Below, one piece after another: positions 1 to 13,287 of a stretch of DNA of 64,000 nt (within the stretch, counting starts at the first letter, position 1; each line of letters opens with the position of its first letter). This stretch comes from Octopus sinensis (taxonomy: Eukaryota). The notes beneath the pieces are model-generated. The model did no database searches. It was not told the origin of the DNA and was given only the letters and a program-made list of their open reading frames with translations. The stretch covers positions 192,634,001-192,698,000 of the forward strand of contig NC_042997.1 of the NCBI RefSeq assembly GCF_006345805.1, read 5' to 3'. The position numbers and the translations under genes were made by a program.

Positions 1-182
1 CACAACACACATACACACACATATATATACACATGTGTGCAAACATACATACATTCTCATACAAGCACACACATTACATTTACATATATACACACACTTA
101 CACACATATATATACATACACACATACATATTCACATACAAATGCATACACACAAATATACATATATACATACATACATCTA

Positions 183-213
<31 letters not shown>

Positions 214-467
214 GCACATACATATATATATATATATACACATATATATATATATATATACACATATATATATATTTTTTACATACATACACGCACACAC
301 ACACATAATGCATGCGTATAATCCTACTATACCCATACATTTCTATACATATATACGATGCATATCTACAAGCGTGCACATACAATATGTGAAAGGTCTT
401 AGGAGAAAAGGTAATCGGGGGTGCTAGGGGAACGGTGGGATTGGGGGGGGTTGTGGGTGGGGTGTCA

Positions 468-680
468 TCAATCTGGTTGCCGGGTAGGTCTATAGTTCTT
501 GTAGTTCGCATACTTCATATGCATACAATTTGGGGAGTGTTCTGAGATTTTGTTAAGGAGAGGGCCTTTGGCGAACAAGATCTCTAGGCTCTCCGATATG
601 CAGAGGTCACAGCAGGTATGGCCTCCTGTGTATGAGCGCGCCTTCTGTAGTAGTTTCCACTTGGTCTTGAAGGGGATGAA
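468..680 (-). mobile_element. Penelope-like element, C-terminus of GIY-YIG endonuclease ORF (5'-truncated)
   Basis: Hand translation of the minus strand: [57 protein letters not shown]...PD*. This matches the PLE endonuclease tail pattern W-K-I/L...Y...CxLC...E...LLNKxSE...CxH. Absent from the ORF track because it has no start codon. Confidence 0.75.
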
Positions 681-748
681 TGTAGGTGTATGTGTGTATG
701 TATATATTTATATTTATATATATGTGGTGTATATATTATATATGTGTG

Positions 749-791
<43 letters not shown>

Positions 792-868
792 ATGTGTGTA
801 TGTGTATATGTAGGTGTATGTGTGTGTATGTATATATTTATGTTTATATATATTTTTATATATATATG

Positions 869-907
<39 letters not shown>

Positions 908-1174
908 CTATGTGTGTAAGTTTATTATATGTATGTATCCGTCTATATAATAGGTAAATGCACGTACATATACTTAATATTTATTTTTTGAGTATGCATG
1001 TATGAATAACTGGTGTATATATATTACTATTTACTATTTTTGAGTATGCATGCTAGTATGAATATATATGTATATATGTGTATGTATGTGTGTATGTATG
1101 TGTATATGTGTATATGTATGTATAATGTGTATATAAGTGTATATGTATATATGTATATATATGTATATATGTAT

Positions 1175-1206
<32 letters not shown>

Positions 1207-1254
1207 GTATATATGTGTATGTGTATGTAATATGTATATATATATATATGTGTA

Positions 1255-1377
1255 TAATATGTACATGTATGTATTGTGTAGGTAGGTGTACATGTATGTG
1301 TGTGTGTATTTATATTTATTGGTGTATATGTATAGACTAGCCTTCTAAGAGTGTAGACATGAATCTGTAGGTACGTG

Positions 1378-1439
<62 letters not shown>

Positions 1440-1555
1440 GTACATGTATGTATTTGTATGTAGGTGTACATGTATGTGTGTGTATTTTATTTATTGGTGG
1501 GTATATGTATAGACTAGCCTTCTAAGAGTGTAGACATGAATCTGTAGGTACGCGT
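1255..1555. repeat. Local ~120-bp direct duplication separated by (TA)n
   Basis: 'tatagactagccttctaagagtgtagacatgaatctgtaggtacg' and its upstream flank occur at ~1330 and ~1508. Confidence 0.8.
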
Positions 1556-2298
1556 ACGTATGTGTATATACGTGGATGTATGTAGATGTATGTATGTATG
1601 AATATAACGCGTGCGTGCGGTGTATGGTATGGAGTGTACGAATGAGTGAGTGTACGTGCTAAAGAGTGTGCGTGAGTGAATGAGTAATTGTTTTCCAGTA
1701 GACGGATAAATGGTCTGGCTGTTCATAGCCAAGATGTTTGACCAAGCGGCCAAAGATAACAAAAGTAATAAACGAAGATAATAAAATTAAAATTAGGGAA
1801 TGGGTCGATTTGTATATTGTATATGTACATATATGTGGTGTATGTGTAGGTATGCATGGGTACACATATGTATATATGTATGTGTATATATATAATATAT
1901 GTGGTATGTATATATATGTGTATATGTATGTGTATGTATGTATATATATGTGTATGTATGTGTATGTGTGGGTGTTTATATATATGTGTGCATGTGTATA
2001 TAGTGTATATAGGGACTAGTGTGCTTGGGGTGTGCATGTGTGTGTATGGATTTGTGTGTGTATGCGTGTATGTGAGTATGTGTGTGTATGTGTATATATA
2101 TTTTTCTGTGTGTATTGTATGTGTGGTCGTGTGTGTATATATACAATGTTGTATACGTGTATGCAAGTGAGTGTGTGTATGTATACATATATATGTGTGT
2201 GTAGATATGTATATGTATGTGTGAGTGTATATATGTGTGTATGTGTAGGGTATAAGTGAGAATCTCCTTATTTACCTAAAACTCTATTCCCCCCTTTA

Positions 2299-2343
<45 letters not shown>

Positions 2344-2595
2344 ATTTTTTTATTTTTTTTTTTATTTTTTTTATTATTTATTTATTTTTATATATTTTTT
2401 ATATATATTTTTTGTATATAATATATTTTTTTTTTTATTTTTTTTTTAAAATTTATTCTCCTATCTAATTTAACACTGACTCCTTGACCACTCCCCAAGT
2501 ATGATTTTTTGCGCTATGCCTACCCCCAAAAAGTCCCCCACCAACACCCTTTAAACCTGCCAAATGTATAAATGCCAATACAATTCTTGTTAACT

Positions 2596-2645
2596 AGCTT
2601 CCGAAGATTTCTCTTGAATGAAACAGTTCTAGTCCTGTAGAAGCT
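2596..2645 (+). ncRNA. Degenerate type I hammerhead ribozyme motif
   Basis: agctt-CCGAAGA-tttc tctt gaat-GAAA-cag ttctagtc ctg-TA-gaagct. Stems I, II and III are present, with a GUA cleavage triplet; the core or stem I register is off by one base. Confidence 0.5.
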
Positions 2646-3251
2646 CCTTCTATAATAAATATATATATATATTATAGTTATAATATATATATAGATATAT
2701 ATATTATAATAATATATATATATAATATATATACATATATATACAAACATACTTTTACTTTAATATACCAAACATTATATACATGTGGGTGTTGCATGCG
2801 TGAGTGTGTGTTGTATGTGTGTGTGTGTGGGGGGGTGTTATACGTACACACCTACACATATGTAAATAGACATGTACGCACAGAAACAAGAAGGCAACCC
2901 TGTTGTAGTTGCCACCATGGAAGGTGACAGAAAGAGAACGGAGTTTCGGAACTGAGCCAGGTATTCGAGTCATAGAGAGAGTGAGCGTAGGATGTCCTGC
3001 TAGAAAAAAGGATTTTAAAAAAATCAATGACAAGTGAAGTTCCATTCCGCTACCACCACCACCACTACCCCCACCGGCATTATCCCTTCCCCCACCTACA
3101 CCCACACACACAAAAAAAACACACACACACACACATATATGTATATTGGTAACAACTGTTAGATAACAAAAGAAAGAAAGAGAGCTCGATATTACGTAAT
3201 AGAGGAATTATCTGGTAAATGTAATATTTGACAATTATTCGGTTAAGCCAA

Positions 3252-3311
3252 GATAAAACTCTGAGTTTCGGATGCCGAGGTGGAAAATCCCACACCCCAT
3301 CTTCAGTTATC
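3252..3311 (-). ncRNA. Minimal type I hammerhead ribozyme (PLE-type)
   Basis: Minus strand: gataa-CUGAAGA-ugggguguggg...ggcaucc-GAAA-cuc a gag-UU-uuauc. Stem I gataa/ttatc, intact core, near-palindromic stem III. Confidence 0.65.
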
Positions 3312-3360
3312 CGGCCCTCGGAAAAACGCTATGAACAAAAGACTGTATACATATATATAC

Positions 3361-3422
<62 letters not shown>

Positions 3423-3564
3423 ACATATATACATATATACACACAAATATACACAGGATACATATATAGATATATATATATAGATATATATATATAAAAT
3501 TATAATATATATATATTATATATATAATATATATATACAGAGAGAGACAGAGAGAGAGAGAGAG

Positions 3565-3579
3565 GAGATAGATAGATAG

Positions 3580-3627
<48 letters not shown>

Positions 3628-3628
3628 C

Positions 3629-3714
<86 letters not shown>

Positions 3715-3831
3715 GATAGATGGATAGATAGAGTAGATAGATAGATTAGATAGATAGATAGCTAGATAGATAGATAGATAGATCGATAGATAGATAGATA
3801 GATAGATAGATAGGCAGATTGACAGATAGAC

Positions 3832-3901
<70 letters not shown>

Positions 3902-3925
3902 TAGATAGACAGATAGACAGATTAG

Positions 3926-3998
<73 letters not shown>
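3565..3998. repeat. (TAGA)n microsatellite
   Basis: About 430 bp of near-pure GATA repeat. Others at ~8957-9030, 9615-9775, 11978-12244 and 23907-24003. Confidence 0.95.
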
Positions 3999-4029
3999 TA
4001 AATCACTCAGGAAAATTTGTAAAACTTTT

Positions 4030-4660
4030 ACTTACTCAAGCTTCAGAATACAGAAAACATATCAACTTCAGTAACGGTGGTGGGCCCCTTTTTCGGTCAG
4101 GACCGTAACAGCAGCCAAATGGTTAAGTATCCCCCCACAGTCTACTACTATAAAATAGCGACCATGTTAAAGAAAATGAAAGCTTGGACTCGGTTTAAGC
4201 AGGACGACTGGACTGCTTGCGTGGTCGTTAATACATCAATTACAGCAGCTGGCAGGCAAAGAAATAGCATCGGTAAGAACCCCCCGGTATATTGTTCTGT
4301 CATGACTGGCGATAATTGTCGTTCCCGTGTTGCTGTAGTGACCAGTTAATTCAGTTTTGCACAAAACACCTGCGGTCTTGTGTGGGACATAACACTGCAG
4401 CCGACATCTGCCATCGCTGCTGCTGCTGCTGTTGCTGTTGCTGCCGTCTTTATATATATAGACTCTATGGTTCTGTCTTAAGTTTTCGTGCGTTTGCATA
4501 CCCTTGAGAGACTACCTTAAGAAGAAGAAACGACCACGATGACGATGACGACGACCACGACGGCGATGATGATAAGGAAATGCAATCAAATGGATTTAAT
4601 GATGTACTGCTGCCTGCAATCGAAGTTGGGCGGCTAAGATGGAGGGATATCCATTGGCTT
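4030..4660 (-). promoter_or_regulatory. Candidate Pol II promoter and non-coding first exon
   Basis: Non-repetitive, CpG-containing island between microsatellites. On the minus strand: CCAAT (4653-4657), GC box (4628-4633), TATATAAAG (4448-4456), then ~390 nt to a GA|GTAAGT donor (intron starts at 4035). Confidence 0.3.
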
Positions 4661-4836
4661 GCATTCGTGACTGTGGTGAACATGCACATACGTACATACA
4701 TATATACATACGTACGTATGTACATACATACATACATACATACATACATACATACATACATACATACATACGTACGTACGTACGTACGTACGTACATACA
4801 TACATACATATATACACACATACATACATACATACA

Positions 4837-4872
<36 letters not shown>

Positions 4873-5076
4873 CACATACATACATACGTACATACATACA
4901 CACATACATACACACATACATACACATACACATATAGATACATACACACATACATACACACATACATGCACACATACATACATGCATACATATATGCAAG
5001 CATACATGCATGCATACATACATACATGCATACATACACACACACAAACACACACACACACACCACCACACACACA

Positions 5077-5115
<39 letters not shown>

Positions 5116-5119
<4 letters not shown>

Positions 5120-5552
5120 GGTTGGACAAAATAATGGAAACACTAGCATCATAGCATCATAATCTGAAATATCTATGAAGCCGTCAAAAGCTTCTTTATT
5201 TTTATGTTTTTTTAGGGTGAGGTTATTTATTATTAGTGTTGCTTATCAGGTTTCGCTAAAATTGCTGTTTCTTTTCAGATATCATCAGAAAAAAATTATT
5301 AAAATTCATTAAAATGACAGATCTATCGGACTTTCAAAGACGTCAAATAGTTGCTGCTCGTATGGCAGGCGCAAGCGTGCCGAAAACAGCCCAAATGTTT
5401 GGTGTATCAAAAAGTACTGTCTCGAAAATAATGACAGCCTTTGAGAAAGAGGGAAAAACCTCCCCGTCAAAACAAAACTTCGGAAGAAAACCAATTACGC
5501 GAATTGTTAGAAATGATCACAAAAGTACAGCTCCCAAAATTACTGCAAAATT
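5116..5552 (+). mobile_element. Tc1-like transposon 5' end (left TIR plus truncated transposase N-terminus)
   Basis: TIR-like CAGGGGTTGGACAAAATAATGGAAACAC. ORF 5314-5595 MTDLSDFQRRQIVAARMAGASVPKTAQMFGVSKSTVSKIMTAFEKEGKT...GRKP is a paired-like HTH plus GRPR-like motif; no DDE domain. Confidence 0.85.
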
Positions 5553-5678
5553 ACACACACCAATGAAAGGAGATGGTACTCAATACATAAAGTAGAATTA
5601 AATAAAACAATAAAAACAGTTGACGAACTGAGTTTCCAGCAGTTTTTTTACACTGTGTGTGAGTGTGTGTGTGTGTGT

Positions 5679-5755
<77 letters not shown>

Positions 5756-6000
5756 TCATTACTTTTTACATATATCTTTGTTGATGCATGCAACCAAGTG
5801 TTTGCGTGTATTCATTTAGAGAATCTCTGCTTTCAATAGATTGGATCTGGCGAACCTGCGGCAGTTTCTTCCGCTCTTTCTTAGAAAATTGTAGCATTTC
5901 TAGTTGTTGTTGTCGTTTCTACAAATTTGTAGTTACAAAGCCCCTATGATAATAAGTGCAAAAGAAAATTATACGTATGTATGTATGTATGTATGTATGT

Positions 6001-6443
6001 TTCTTCTATTTTTTTTAATTATTATAAATCTTCCACTGAGGAGGGAGGTGGTTTCCAACAAAGGTACAAGACTCCATCCAACAAAGATACAAGGCTCCAA
6101 CACAGACAAATTCACATTTGGAACTTGAGAAAAGTCTTGCATATTTTTACTGTTCCACTCACGATTGGATTTGTAATGTACGAATTAGCCGGTCGATTTC
6201 TCTTTGTGAAAATCCCAGTTTATCCAGATTCTCCTTTAAGCATTTACTAACAAAACCTAGTGCTCCAATTATTATTGGTATGAATATGAATTCATAGTCT
6301 GGATATAGAAGGTGGAAGTTTCGAAGCAGTTGTCGGTAGATGTCCTTTTTTTCGTTGATTTTCAAAGAGATATTTATATGTGAAGGGCAGCTAACCTCTA
6401 TGATGGTACATACCTTTACTCTGCTGTCCCAAACAATAATACA
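6001..6443 (-). mobile_element. R4/Dong-type (RLE) non-LTR retrotransposon 3' end
   Basis: ORF 6159-6446: IIVWDSRVKVCTIIEVSCP..INISLKINEKKDIYRQLLRN..LYPDYEFIFIPIIIGALG, the restriction-like endonuclease C-terminus. Homologous to 37590-38310 and flanked by (TATG)n. Confidence 0.85.
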
Positions 6444-6493
6444 CATATGTATGTATGTACGTGCGTATGTATGTACGTACGAATGTATGTATG

Positions 6494-6783
6494 TTTTTCT
6501 TTGAGTTTTATTTAAGCTCTTAAGAGAGTTCTAGCCGGCCACTAAAAAGAAAAAAACATGACTGTTTGAGAGTTCCCGGCGTTTGTAAATACGTAGTTGG
6601 GTCTGTATGTTGATTGATCTGTCGATGCATATACTTAAGAATCGCAAATGGAGAATCTTTGGAATGTTTTACAAATCTTCACTGTGCCACTCAATTGATC
6701 GGAATTGGAGAATCTGCATCAGTTTCTTTTGTTCTTCCTTCGAAAAAACCCAGCATTTCTAGGTTTTTGTGTAAATTTGTTAG
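6494..6783 (-). mobile_element. Second R4/Dong subfamily, extreme 3' end
   Basis: Minus strand encodes NLHKNLEMLGF... and SGTVKICKTFQRF (compare KENLDKLGF...SGTVKICKTFLKF in the neighbouring copy), with a different 3' UTR. (TATG)n lies on both sides. Confidence 0.65.
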
Positions 6784-6831
6784 TATGTATGTATGTATGT
6801 ATGTATGTATGTATGTATGTATGTATGTACG

Positions 6832-6865
<34 letters not shown>

Positions 6866-7871
6866 TGTACGCATGTATGTATGTAGTATGTATGTATGTA
6901 TGTATGTATGTACGTATGTATGTATGTATGTATGTATGTATGTATGTATGTATGCATGCACGCATGTATGTATGCATGCATGTATGTATGTATGTATGCA
7001 TGCATGTATGTATGTATGTATGTATGTATGTATGTATGTATGTATGTATGTATGTATGTATGTATGCATGCATGTGTGTATGTTTGTATTTCGCAACTAC
7101 ATTGTGGAATAGCCACACTTACTTTTTAATAACTCACTGAGCTGTTAATTTAACTTTATTCCGTGCAATGTCAAACTTTTCAATGCGTAACTGCTACCTG
7201 GTTATTGGCACAGTTCCAATGAAACTGTCTACAAGTATGTTAATAGTCAATTCTTATAGATGAAGGTTCTTTTTTCGTTTTCCTTTTTATTTGCATTTAT
7301 GCATTTTCACTGCTTCCTTGTTTCTGTTCGCTATGTACAAAACGTAAAATATATTAGAACATTTGTCTCCTATTGTTTAAGTTCTTGTAAATTATATTTC
7401 TGCTGTTTTAGATTCTTGCAAACAACTTGCACATGCAAGTGCTACCAGTCAAAAACTCCACATACCGGAAGCAAGCAAGTGTATGGGGTCATCAGGAGAG
7501 AATGCGTGCCGTTTCGGGGCCTACCTCTCGACGGCATCAATGCGCACCAGCCCCCACTCACTGATATGAGGCCCCGCTTGCTAGATCAACTGGTTATCAA
7601 ATAAAGCTCAGTATTCTTCTAGCCATCGTTCATCGTCTCTTTTTAACCAAATCCAGTATGCTTAAAGATTGTAGGATATTCTGAACAATAACACAACTCC
7701 AAATTCAATCAATAAAAATCTTTCATAATATCTTTCCCTCAGAATCTACCTTTCAACACAGCGCCATCTGACACACAAAAAATAAACTCATATGTTTGTG
7801 TGTGCGCGCGTATGTGTATGTATGTTTGTAAATCCGTGTGTGTGTGCGTGCGTGTGTGTGTGTGTGGTGTG

Positions 7872-7925
<54 letters not shown>

Positions 7926-8832
7926 GTGTGTGTGTGTGTGTGTGTGTGTCTGAGTGTGTGTGTGTGTATGTATAAGAACATGTGCATTTACAAACAGAAA
8001 ATCGTACTTAATAGATTAAGTAGTGGATAGTGACTTTAATTTTGTTTTGTTTTTTGATTTTTGTGGGGTTTTTTTGTCTTTTGGAAGCTGAAACATCCTA
8101 GTTTGTCTGGCGCCTGGAATTTTGTACATGATGTTTGTCAAGCTATATATAACTTTCAATTTCAAATATAAAATGTGTACCTGTGTGCGTGCGTGTGTGT
8201 TCGCGTATGTGCACGCGCATATCGTTTAGCGCATGTTGTTATTTCTACGCAATGATGTCGCTCCGTGCTCCAGAATCATGTACCTAATTGGTAATTCTTA
8301 GCAGAGAATAAGCCTAGGTAACAAATGAATTTTTTCAATATTGTTGGCAATATGCATGATAATTTATGCAAAATGTGGTTGCTCCTTTACAACTTCTTTA
8401 ACACATAGCACCGGGTTCAGTCTCACTACGTGGAACCTGCGACAAGTGACTTCTGCTATAGCCTCAGGCCGACCGAAGCCTCGTGAGTGGATTTAGCAGA
8501 CGGAAACTGAATGAAGCCCGCCGTATATGTATATATATCTATGTTTATGTGTCCTTGTGTGTGTATTTGCCCCATCATCACTTGACAACCTGTGTCGGTT
8601 TGTTTACGTCCCATAACTTAGTTGTTCGGCAAAAGACACTTATAAAATACCAGGCTTTGAAAAAATTAGTTTTGGGATCAAATAAGTGGAACTAGTAATA
8701 CATAAAAGAAACATTGAATTTTTTTTCTTTACTAGTTTCAGCTCGAGAGCTGCGGCCATTGCTGGGGCAATATATATATATATATATATACATACATACA
8801 TACATACATACATACACACACAATATATATAC

Positions 8833-8888
<56 letters not shown>

Positions 8889-8917
8889 ATACATACATGC
8901 ATACATACATACATACA

Positions 8918-9031
<114 letters not shown>

Positions 9032-9059
9032 TAGATATAGATATAGATATATATATATA

Positions 9060-9491
9060 TGATGGGCTTCTTTTCAGTTTCTGTGTATCAAATTCCGTCA
9101 CAAACCCTTTTTCGCTCTAGGACTGTTGTAAAAGGTGCCGCACAGTAGGACTAAATCCGAAACTACGTAATTGCAAAGCGAGCTTCTTAACCACACAGCC
9201 ATGCGTGCGCGTTAAAAAAAAGTACCATGCTTTCGCTAACTGTTGCAGATGCGTATATAGTCACGAGGCGTAGATACCCTTCCAGACGTGCTAGTCTCGA
9301 TCAAGTAGCGCATGGAGAATGTCGAGCGGCACTAATACTGAACTGGAACTTGTTTTCAGCTCAGTTGACTGGAGCAGCATTAAATGAAGTGCCTTGCTCA
9401 AGAATACAACGTATCACCTGCCCAAGGACCACCTCGTAATCGTATGCACAATATTCAAAACAGCTAGGCCACGCGCTTTCACACAAAATGC

Positions 9492-9525
<34 letters not shown>

Positions 9526-9533
9526 TATATGTG

Positions 9534-9598
<65 letters not shown>

Positions 9599-9613
9599 GG
9601 GGGGGGGAGAAAG

Positions 9614-9680
<67 letters not shown>

Positions 9681-9705
9681 CAGATAGACAGATAGACAGA
9701 CAGAC

Positions 9706-9770
<65 letters not shown>

Positions 9771-10785
9771 TAGATATAGACTAGCAGCATAGCCCGGCGT
9801 TGCCCGGGTATGTAAGAGCCCCTAGTAGGCAACGACTAATCCCAATCTAGTCCTTTCCCTCTAGGGAACGAAGGCACATGTGTAGGTTGCAATGTCTTCT
9901 CTTCACTCGAATACTTCTGTGTATACGATGTTCCTAGCTGTCCTTTGGGCGATAAAAAGGTCGAGTTGTGTCCCCTAGACAGAAAATGTGTTGCATATAA
10001 AAAAGCTTAGATTCTCGACCCCATGTCGAATTTATCGATTTTTTTCACAACTGGGGGAACTTTTCAAAATTTTCACTGCGTTAGTTTTGAATTATGACAT
10101 TGGGCTATGTGTGTATCAAGTTTCATCAGAATCGGTTGAAAGCCGTGGTCAGGGTGAGGGTACAACCTGACAGACACACAGACACACAGACAGACAAACT
10201 GCCGTTTATATATAGAGAGATATAGATATATATATATATGATGGGCTTCTTTTCAGTTTCTGTGTATCAAATTCCGTCACAAACCCTTTTTCGCTCTAGG
10301 ACTGTTGTAAAAGGTGCCGCACAGTAGGACTAAATCCGAAACTACGTAATTGCAAAGCGAGCTTCTTAACCACACAGCCATGCGTGCGCGTTAAAAAAAA
10401 GTACCATGCTTTTGCTAACTGTTGCAGATGCGTATATAGTCACGAGGCGTAGATACCCTTCCAGACGTGCTAGTCTCGATCAAGTAGCGCATGGAGAATG
10501 TCGAGCGGCACTAATACTGAACTGGAACTTGTTTTCAGCTGAGTTGACTGGAGCAGCATTAAATGAAGTGCCTTGCTCAAGAATACAACGTGTCACCTGC
10601 CCAAGGACCACCTCGTAATCGTATGCACAATATTCTCAACCGCTAGGCCACGCGCTTTCACACAAAATGCATATATATGTATTATATATATATATAGTAT
10701 GTATATATATATATAGTGTATGTCTTATATATAGATAGATATTATAGAGAGGAGAAGGAGAGAGAGAGGGGGGGGAGAAAGAGAT
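9060..10785. repeat. Direct duplication of ~560 bp (9060-9620 and 10239-10785) separated by (TAGA)n and a Helitron
   Basis: Near-identical sequence from 'gatgggcttcttttcagtttctgtg' to 'cacaaaatgcatata...gggggagaaagaga'. Twin ORFs 9227 and 10406 differ by only a few residues. Confidence 0.9.
9781..10220 (-). mobile_element. Non-autonomous Helitron
   Basis: Minus strand starts TCTCTCTATATATAAACGGCAG and ends with hairpin cccgggcaacgccggg followed by CTAG. Related copies at 15513 and 28736. Confidence 0.8.
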
Positions 10786-10958
10786 ATATATATATATATA
10801 TTATATATACATATATTATATATTATATATATATCAACAATCAAGGAACGGCCATCATAAAGGCCATTCACCCACTAGAAATAACAGCCAAAGCTTCAAC
10901 CGCAAATAAAAGTCAATTCCGTAAACAGGAGAAAATTTAAAAAACATTTACCTGTAAT

Positions 10959-11059
10959 TTCTTATACGATGCACCGTTTCATCTGCTGTTTCATGGTAAA
11001 CTAACTGATTAAATTAAATCAAGCCAATCTTCCATAGGCCTCAGATTCTTCAGTAAGAA
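10959..11059 (-). ncRNA. Type I hammerhead ribozyme, intact core, long stem II
   Basis: uucuua-CUGAAGA-aucug...(extended hairpin)...cagau-GAAA-cggugcaucg-UA-uaagaa. 6-bp stem I, 5-bp base of stem II, quasi-palindromic stem III, GUA site. Confidence 0.8.
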
Positions 11060-11569
11060 ATAGCCACAAGTCGGAACAGATATTTTCACGAGGCATTTCC
11101 GACCCTGCCAAGGTAATATCTGACCTAAAATTTCAAATCATCGCACTCGCGCCAAATTTATCGGCAGCAAATAAATATAAGCCGTCGATTCCATTACGAA
11201 TTAACCAGAAAATTCATAATTAATCAATATTTTATTTGCGGTTGAAGCTTTGCTGGTTTTGTTTTCTATGGGTGAAATGGCCTATTATGGCGCGTTCCTT
11301 GATTGTGATGTTGAACTTAAAAATGGGTCATGACTATTTAATTTTTTCCACTAGGCCGCTGGTGGCAAAAAAATTCTACAAAATTTTTTTTTGCCACCCT
11401 ATATGATTAATTATGAATTTTCTGGTTAATTCCGTAATGGAATCGACGGCTTATATTTATTTGCTGCCGATAAATTTGGCGCGAGTGCGATGATTTGAAA
11501 ATTTAGGTCAGATATTACCTTGGCAGGGTCGGAAATGCCTCGTGAAAATATCTGTTCGACTTGTGGCTA

Positions 11570-11673
11570 TTCTTACTGAAGAATTGAGGGCCTATGGAAG
11601 ATTGGCGCTTGATTTAATTTAATCAGGTTAGTTTACCCTGAAACAGCAGATGAAACGGTGCATCGTATAAGAA
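11570..11673 (+). ncRNA. Mirror copy of the hammerhead ribozyme at 10959-11059
   Basis: ttctta ctgaaga attg...cagat gaaa cggtgcatcg ta taagaa. Differs from the other arm by small indels and a substitution in stem II. Confidence 0.7.
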
Positions 11674-11975
11674 ATTACAGGGTAAATGTTTTTTAAATTT
11701 TCTCCTGTTTACGGAATTGACTTTTATTGCGGTTGAAGCTTTGGCTGTTATTTCTAGTGGGTGAATGGCCTATTATGGCCGTTCCTTGATTGTTGATGTT
11801 GAACTTAAAAATGGTCTATGACTATTTAATTTTTTCCCACTAGGCCGCTGGTGGCAAAAAAATTCTACAAAATTTTTTTTTGCCACCCTATATTATTAAT
11901 TATATATATATATATAATTATATATACAGGAGAGGAGAGAGATGAGAGAGGAGAGAGAGAGAGAGAGAGAGAGAG

Positions 11976-12043
<68 letters not shown>

Positions 12044-12048
12044 CAGAC

Positions 12049-12103
<55 letters not shown>

Positions 12104-12140
12104 CAGATAGACAGATAGACAGACAGACAGATAGATAGAC

Positions 12141-12428
<288 letters not shown>

Positions 12429-12594
12429 CATGTAACTCCCATTGCGTTGAGTGCCTTTCTTTCGTTTATCCACTCACTCGTGTGTGTGTATATATATATA
12501 TTATATATATATTATATGTATATGTAGGTATGTATGTATGTATGTATGTATTTATGTATGTATGTATATATGTATATAATATATATATATATAT

Positions 12595-12654
<60 letters not shown>

Positions 12655-13287
12655 CATACATATATTACACATATACATACATATACACATATGCGTGCAT
12701 GCATGCATACATACATACATACATACATAACATATACATACATACATACATACATACATACATAACATACATACATACATACATATCGTGCAGAGACACC
12801 ATTCGAATATCCTATTGTTTGCCTTTCACACGGCAGCAGCTAAACAACAACAGCAAAAATAAATACATAAACTCAGTGCTGAAGAGCAAATAAATCACTC
12901 CTACGTGTCGGCTGCCAGCTTCTCGTGAAGCACTTTCTTCAAGATGACTTCTTCTATAAAATACATATATACGTTTGGGATTTTAGATTGAACACTCGAT
13001 GAGATACGCAACCTGGTAACTTAGCCGTCCGGCGAAACAGACCGTTAGGATAAGTTCCATGGTTTTAAAAAATAAGTACTGGGGCTGATCTGCTCGAGTA
13101 AACCCTTGGAGGGAGCGCTCCAGTATGGCCGCAGTCCAATGACTGAAAGAAGTAAAAAAGGCAAAAAGACAATTATAAAATAACTAAATCTTGCAAATTT
13201 ATATAATAATGATCGATTTTTTAATAATTGTGTCTAAATTTTTAGTATTATTTGCTGTTAATTATGTTGATCTTCATTAGTTATAAA

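Larger units (their letters stand above)
10835..11890. mobile_element. Penelope-like pseudo-LTR in inverted arrangement (arms ~10835-11226 and ~11404-11798)
   Basis: About 390-bp inverted repeat, each arm carrying a hammerhead motif. The spacer 11229-11400 is a direct copy of 11720-11890. Inserted between (TA)n tracts. Confidence 0.65.

Noticed and set aside
33-2259. Many overlapping ORFs rich in Y/I/H/T or V/C/M/Y (also at 4465-5154, 6691-7140, 20133-20708, 42978-43502, 56931-57724)
   Set aside because: These are translations of (TA)n/(CA)n/(TACA)n repeats, which lack stop codons in several frames; there is no protein signal.
11229-11400. Third partial copy between the inverted arms as an independently evolved repeat
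   Set aside because: It differs from 11720-11890 mostly by scattered 1-bp indels typical of low-coverage long-read consensus. The exact structure needs read support, so the differences were not interpreted.
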